A model generated the notes under the pieces. It was given only the letters and a program-made list of their open reading frames with translations, searched no databases and was not told where the DNA came from. A program made the translations under genes and the position numbers. A stretch of DNA of 63,292 nucleotides, the filler included, from an uncultured Gemmatimonadota bacterium (GTDB lineage: Bacteria > Blakebacterota > Blakebacteria > Blakebacterales > Blakebacteraceae): NCBI GenBank assembly GCA_964576115.1. It is 4 parts of 4 records of this genome, joined end to end, with 100 filler letters (N's around TTAATTAATTAA, not from the genome) between each part and the next. Parts side by side here need not be neighbours in the genome. Positions count along the whole stretch, not along the records: positions 48,297 to 63,292 come from CAZNUA010000068.1; 3 more parts are not named here. One strand, given 5' to 3'. Of the stretch, positions 59,684 to 63,292 are shown piece after piece. The first letter of the stretch is position 1, and the number at the start of each line of letters is the position of its first letter.

Positions 59684-59711
59684 CGAGGGGTGGCCGGGAC
59701 GCCGGCCTGCT

Positions 59712-61694
59712 TCAGGCGCCTTTGCCCAGGGTGATCACCACCACCGCCTGTTCGCTACTGCCGTCGGAGGTGAAATCCCACTCGCTGTTCCGATCGGTGA
59801 GGATCAGGGTCGAGGCATCGGGATGGGTATAGGTGAATGCGGTGTATTCACTGTCCGAGTCGGTCCGGATGATGAGCACGTCCCCGACGATTTCAGCCGT
59901 ACCGGTGTCCTCCTCCGGAGTGCCGGCTCCCGGCTCGGTCAGGGAGAAGCTGAAGGTGCCGACGCTGTTCACGACGAGACTGAAACTGCCCCCGTCGGCG
60001 ATCATGTCGCTGGATTGATCCGGATTACCAACCTCGGAGTAGACCATGGCCGAGGCCGTCCACGTACCGGCCAGCTCGGCAAAGGTGGCGGGGGTGACCG
60101 GATCGAGCTTGAGTTCGAGCCAGGCGGCATCCTCGGTCCCGTCGGGTTCGAAGTCGTACTCGGCGCCGAGGACGTTGGGTACCAGCTGGCCCTGCTGGTT
60201 CTGGCCGAAGATGACGTACTCGGGTTCCGAGGCCAGCGCCGGGGTGAAAGCCAGAAGCCCCCCGACGAAGGCGATCGTGCCCGTTTCCCGCTCGTAAGGC
60301 TCGGCGGGGAAAGTCTGGACCAGGTCGTAGTCGCCCCCCGAATCAATCGCCAGGGTCAGCGATTCGGTGCCTGCCACATCCACGACCTGAGAGGGATTCG
60401 AACAGCGGTTGTACTCGATCTCCAGGGCCTGCCAGGCGCCGGCGATGCTCGCGATCGACCAGCTCACCCCCTGCAGGAAGATCTCGACCCGGGCCGGTTC
60501 GGGGGCAGCGCCGCCGCCGAACAACCAGGTCTCGTTATTGCCGTCGATCTTGAGTTCGCTCCCGTTATAGGTGTAGTGATATACCCGTTTTTCGCCCCCC
60601 TCGTCGCTGGTCATCACCAGCAGGTCGGCCACGAGATCGAGCGTGCCGGTATCTTCGGCGGTCACGGTTCCTTCGACGATGGTGACCGTCTCGTAGCTCA
60701 GATCCATGTCGACCCCAAGCGTATGAAGGGTCATGGGACCGATCAGGTTCTCCATCGGGCAGGATCCCGACAGGCCGGTGTAGACGAAATCGCCCGAGAC
60801 CCACTGGTTGGCCAGGTACTCCAGGTCGAGTTCGTCGGTCCGCTCGAGTTCGATATGGTACACGGCCCGTTCATCGATATTGTCGAAGTTGAAATCCCAC
60901 CACACGTACGGGCGCATCAGGGAGAGAATCCCGTCGGAGTAGGTGAAAGCGGCGGACCAGTCGCTGCCGGGAGAATCGAGATCGAACCGCAGCGAATCCC
61001 CCTCGATGGCGATGGTCCCCTGCACGATCTCGGGCTCGGTGGCGGCGAAGGCGGTTATGACCGTCAGGTGACCGGCGGGAGTCAGCTCGAGGGCGAAGAA
61101 CCCCCACTGCGCGATCTGATCGTTCTGCCAGGAGTAATCGCCGTCGGGGGTGATGTTGAACGACGTGGCCGTCCACGATCCGGCCAGCTGACCCAGGTCG
61201 ACCCCGCTGCTCGATTCGACCCGTTCGAAGGTCAGAACCCCGGTGGCCGGCTCCTCGGTACCGTCATCGTTGAAATCGTATTCCTCCTGCGATTCGCTCA
61301 GGGTGAGGGTGTTCCCCGAAAGGGTGTAGAGGAATCCGTACGTCGCTTCGTCGCCCTCGCTCGTGATCCACAACGTGTCGCCCGAGACCGAAACCGTCCC
61401 GGTATCGATCGAGGGAGATTCCCCCTGTTCCGTCTCGTAGTACGTGAAGCCTCCCTCGCTGGTGATCGAGATCGAGATCGACAGACCACCGGCGATGAGG
61501 TCGACACTCTGGGAGTCATCGGCTTGGCTGGTCAGGACGTACTGGGTGCAGCTCCAGCTGCCGACCAGTTTGTCGAGTGGGTTGTCGTTCTTGTCGTCAC
61601 CTCCGCCGGTCAGATCGGCAATGGCGTCACAGCCGCCGACGAAGACGACGATAAGCAGGAGCAGAACCGGAATCCGTATTCGTCCGTTCGCCAT
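59712..61694 (-). CDS. Lipoprotein with five tandem lipocalin-like domains
   Basis: Lipobox 'VGGC'; repeats start LVGSW, LAGSW, LANQW, IAGAW and LAGTW. Confidence 0.75.
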   Translation of the reverse strand: MANGRIRIPVLLLLIVVFVGGCDAIADLTGGGDDKNDNPLDKLVGSWSCTQYVLTSQADDSQSVDLIAGGLSISISITSEGGFTYYETEQGESPSIDTGTVSVSGDTLWITSEGDEATYGFLYTLSGNTLTLSESQEEYDFNDDGTEEPATGVLTFERVESSSGVDLGQLAGSWTATSFNITPDGDYSWQNDQIAQWGFFALELTPAGHLTVITAFAATEPEIVQGTIAIEGDSLRFDLDSPGSDWSAAFTYSDGILSLMRPYVWWDFNFDNIDERAVYHIELERTDELDLEYLANQWVSGDFVYTGLSGSCPMENLIGPMTLHTLGVDMDLSYETVTIVEGTVTAEDTGTLDLVADLLVMTSDEGGEKRVYHYTYNGSELKIDGNNETWLFGGGAAPEPARVEIFLQGVSWSIASIAGAWQALEIEYNRCSNPSQVVDVAGTESLTLAIDSGGDYDLVQTFPAEPYERETGTIAFVGGLLAFTPALASEPEYVIFGQNQQGQLVPNVLGAEYDFEPDGTEDAAWLELKLDPVTPATFAELAGTWTASAMVYSEVGNPDQSSDMIADGGSFSLVVNSVGTFSFSLTEPGAGTPEEDTGTAEIVGDVLIIRTDSDSEYTAFTYTHPDASTLILTDRNSEWDFTSDGSSEQAVVVITLGKGA

Positions 61695-61832
61695 GAGAGG
61701 CACCCCTCGACTTGTCGCGACCCTGTTGGTTTCTCTTCAAACGCGGATATCGGCAAAGATTCTGAACCCGATCGGAACCGGATTCAAGACGGGAATCACC
61801 TTCCGGCCGGTCGCACGTATACAGAAGGTCAT

Positions 61833-61877
61833 GACGTCGCCCCCGCACCGGTCGGGCGCGGGTACGGGGTCGACGTC
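61833..61877. terminator. Hairpin downstream of the DUF5916 gene
   Basis: GACGTCG-CCCCCG pairs imperfectly with CGGGGT-CGACGTC. Confidence 0.4.
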
Positions 61878-61885
61878 GGGGGGGA

Positions 61886-63292
61886 TCAGCGAATGAAGGT
61901 GTAGGTGTACTTCATCATGATGGTGCGCTGGGCGCAGTATTGTCCGTCACTCTCCAGGGGAACGAGCGGGTCGATCGTCCGACAGTCGTTGATGACCAGC
62001 CACAGATCGCGCCCCTCGCTCAGGTGCCAGCGGACCTGGCCATTCAGGCTGACGATCTCGGTAGCGCTGTTGTACTGCAGAAAGGTGTTGGCGCTCAGGT
62101 GGGTGTTCACCGCTCCCCGCAGCCGCAGACGCGCCAGATGGGAGTCGAAAGCCTGGTCGCGGCCGTGAAACCGGATGAGGTTGGCATTGTACTCTGCGAC
62201 CAGTTCCAGATGCCGCGACGCCCGCCAGGTCAGGGTGGCCCGCCCGGCGGCGATCCTGCCATCGTAGAAACCGCCGCCCCGGACTTCGCCGAAGAAGCGG
62301 AAAAGGGCGCTTTCCGGCATCTCGAAAAAACAGAAAAAGGCGCTGGAACGGTAGCGGCCGGCGGGGACCTCGGCTGTCTCGGAGAGCGAGAACGTCTCGG
62401 GGATTTCCTCGTATTCGGAGTAGGCGCCGAGCATGACCATCAGGCCGCTGCGGAACTGGACCGGGTTCATGACCTGGATCAGGTTCGATTCCAGGGCTCC
62501 GTCGGCGTTGCGTACGAAACCGTTGAGGAAAACCCCCGGCTCGATCATACGGATGGCCGAGTCATCGCGCCCCGGCAGGCTGTACGCCAGACGGGTTCGG
62601 ACAAAGACGAAATCGCTGCGGGTGCTGAAACCCAGGCCGGGCATCCAGTCGGGACCGCACCAGGCCGCGGTGGCGAAGCCGTTCAAGCCCCGCTGGCGCC
62701 GCCGCTGCCACTCGGCCATGAAGAATCCGCTCTCGAGCGACCCGGTGCGGCCTTCGCCCATGAGATCGTCATCGAAGGTCTGGGACCACTTTACGGTCAG
62801 GTAATCGTCACCGCCCACGCGGATCATGCTGTCCAGCCCGTAGGCCAGGTTGCGGCTGCCGTCGGCGCCGAGCCGGTGAGTGACCATGCCCCCCGCCCAC
62901 GAGTAGGCATTGAAGACCTGTCGCCGCAGGCGGATGACCCCCAGGTTCTCGGCTCCCCGCGAGGGCGCCTCGTCGGTCTGCATGTCGATGACGCCGATAT
63001 CCCAGTTACCGATGCGTCCGACCAGGCGCCCGCCGCCCAGGATCCGGACCGGCTCCCCATCGAAGTTCAGACCGATGCGGCGGCTGTAGAAGAGCCGGCC
63101 CATGAAGACGGTGCCGAAATCGAAGATCCCGGCCCGTTCCTGGAAGAACTGCCTCTTCTCGGGCATGAAGAGGCTGAAGCGGCTCAGGTTCACCATCTCA
63201 TCGTCGGCTTCGACCTGGGCGAAGTCGGTGTTGACGGTCAGGTTCAGGGTCAGGTTGCCGGTCAGGTTGGAGCGGATGTCCAGCCCGGCCTG
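61886..63292 (-). CDS. DUF5916-domain outer-membrane beta-barrel-like protein, 5'-partial
   Basis: 'TVNTDFAQVEAD..VNLSRFSLFMPEKRQFFQE' and 'LFYSRRIGL'; C-terminal 'KYTYTF'. Confidence 0.85.
   Translation of the reverse strand, partial: QAGLDIRSNLTGNLTLNLTVNTDFAQVEADDEMVNLSRFSLFMPEKRQFFQERAGIFDFGTVFMGRLFYSRRIGLNFDGEPVRILGGGRLVGRIGNWDIGVIDMQTDEAPSRGAENLGVIRLRRQVFNAYSWAGGMVTHRLGADGSRNLAYGLDSMIRVGGDDYLTVKWSQTFDDDLMGEGRTGSLESGFFMAEWQRRRQRGLNGFATAAWCGPDWMPGLGFSTRSDFVFVRTRLAYSLPGRDDSAIRMIEPGVFLNGFVRNADGALESNLIQVMNPVQFRSGLMVMLGAYSEYEEIPETFSLSETAEVPAGRYRSSAFFCFFEMPESALFRFFGEVRGGGFYDGRIAAGRATLTWRASRHLELVAEYNANLIRFHGRDQAFDSHLARLRLRGAVNTHLSANTFLQYNSATEIVSLNGQVRWHLSEGRDLWLVINDCRTIDPLVPLESDGQYCAQRTIMMKYTYTFIR

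Overview
GC-rich bacterial DNA, most likely a metagenome-assembled genome. The window is four contigs joined by artificial N44-TTAATTAATTAA-N44 linkers (16114-16213, 32157-32256, 48197-48296), plus two 100-N scaffold gaps, so adjacency across the linkers is not biological. Contig 1 carries tRNA-Val(CAC), a DUF948-YtxH-dGTPase cluster, a TlpA lipoprotein, ogt, a glycerate kinase-MgtC/DUF4010-degenerate LigD-type primase/polymerase operon and a TetR-TolC-MFP-RND operon with phased operators. Contig 2 carries IS debris, a 177-bp MITE that supplies the stop codon of an Rrf2 gene, a divergent DUF438/hemerythrin/PAS gene, an ADOP permease, mscS, corA, two VPS10/BNR proteins and a selenocysteine peroxiredoxin (in-frame UGA plus SECIS-like hairpin) that the ORF track splits in two. 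Contig 3 carries FG-GAP/VCBS and other beta-propeller lipoproteins, PadR-ADOP, an S41 peptidase, a second TlpA fusion and another ADOP. Contig 4 carries an AbiEi/AbiEii pair, a serine hydrolase, a GH-like lipoprotein, PadR-ADOP, trmO, YccF, a five-lipocalin lipoprotein and a partial DUF5916 gene. The best leads are the catalytically eroded primase-polymerase, the Sec-peroxiredoxin, the MITE, and a shared ECF-type promoter motif upstream of orphan permeases and envelope genes. All family calls come from motif recognition by eye; no database searches were run.
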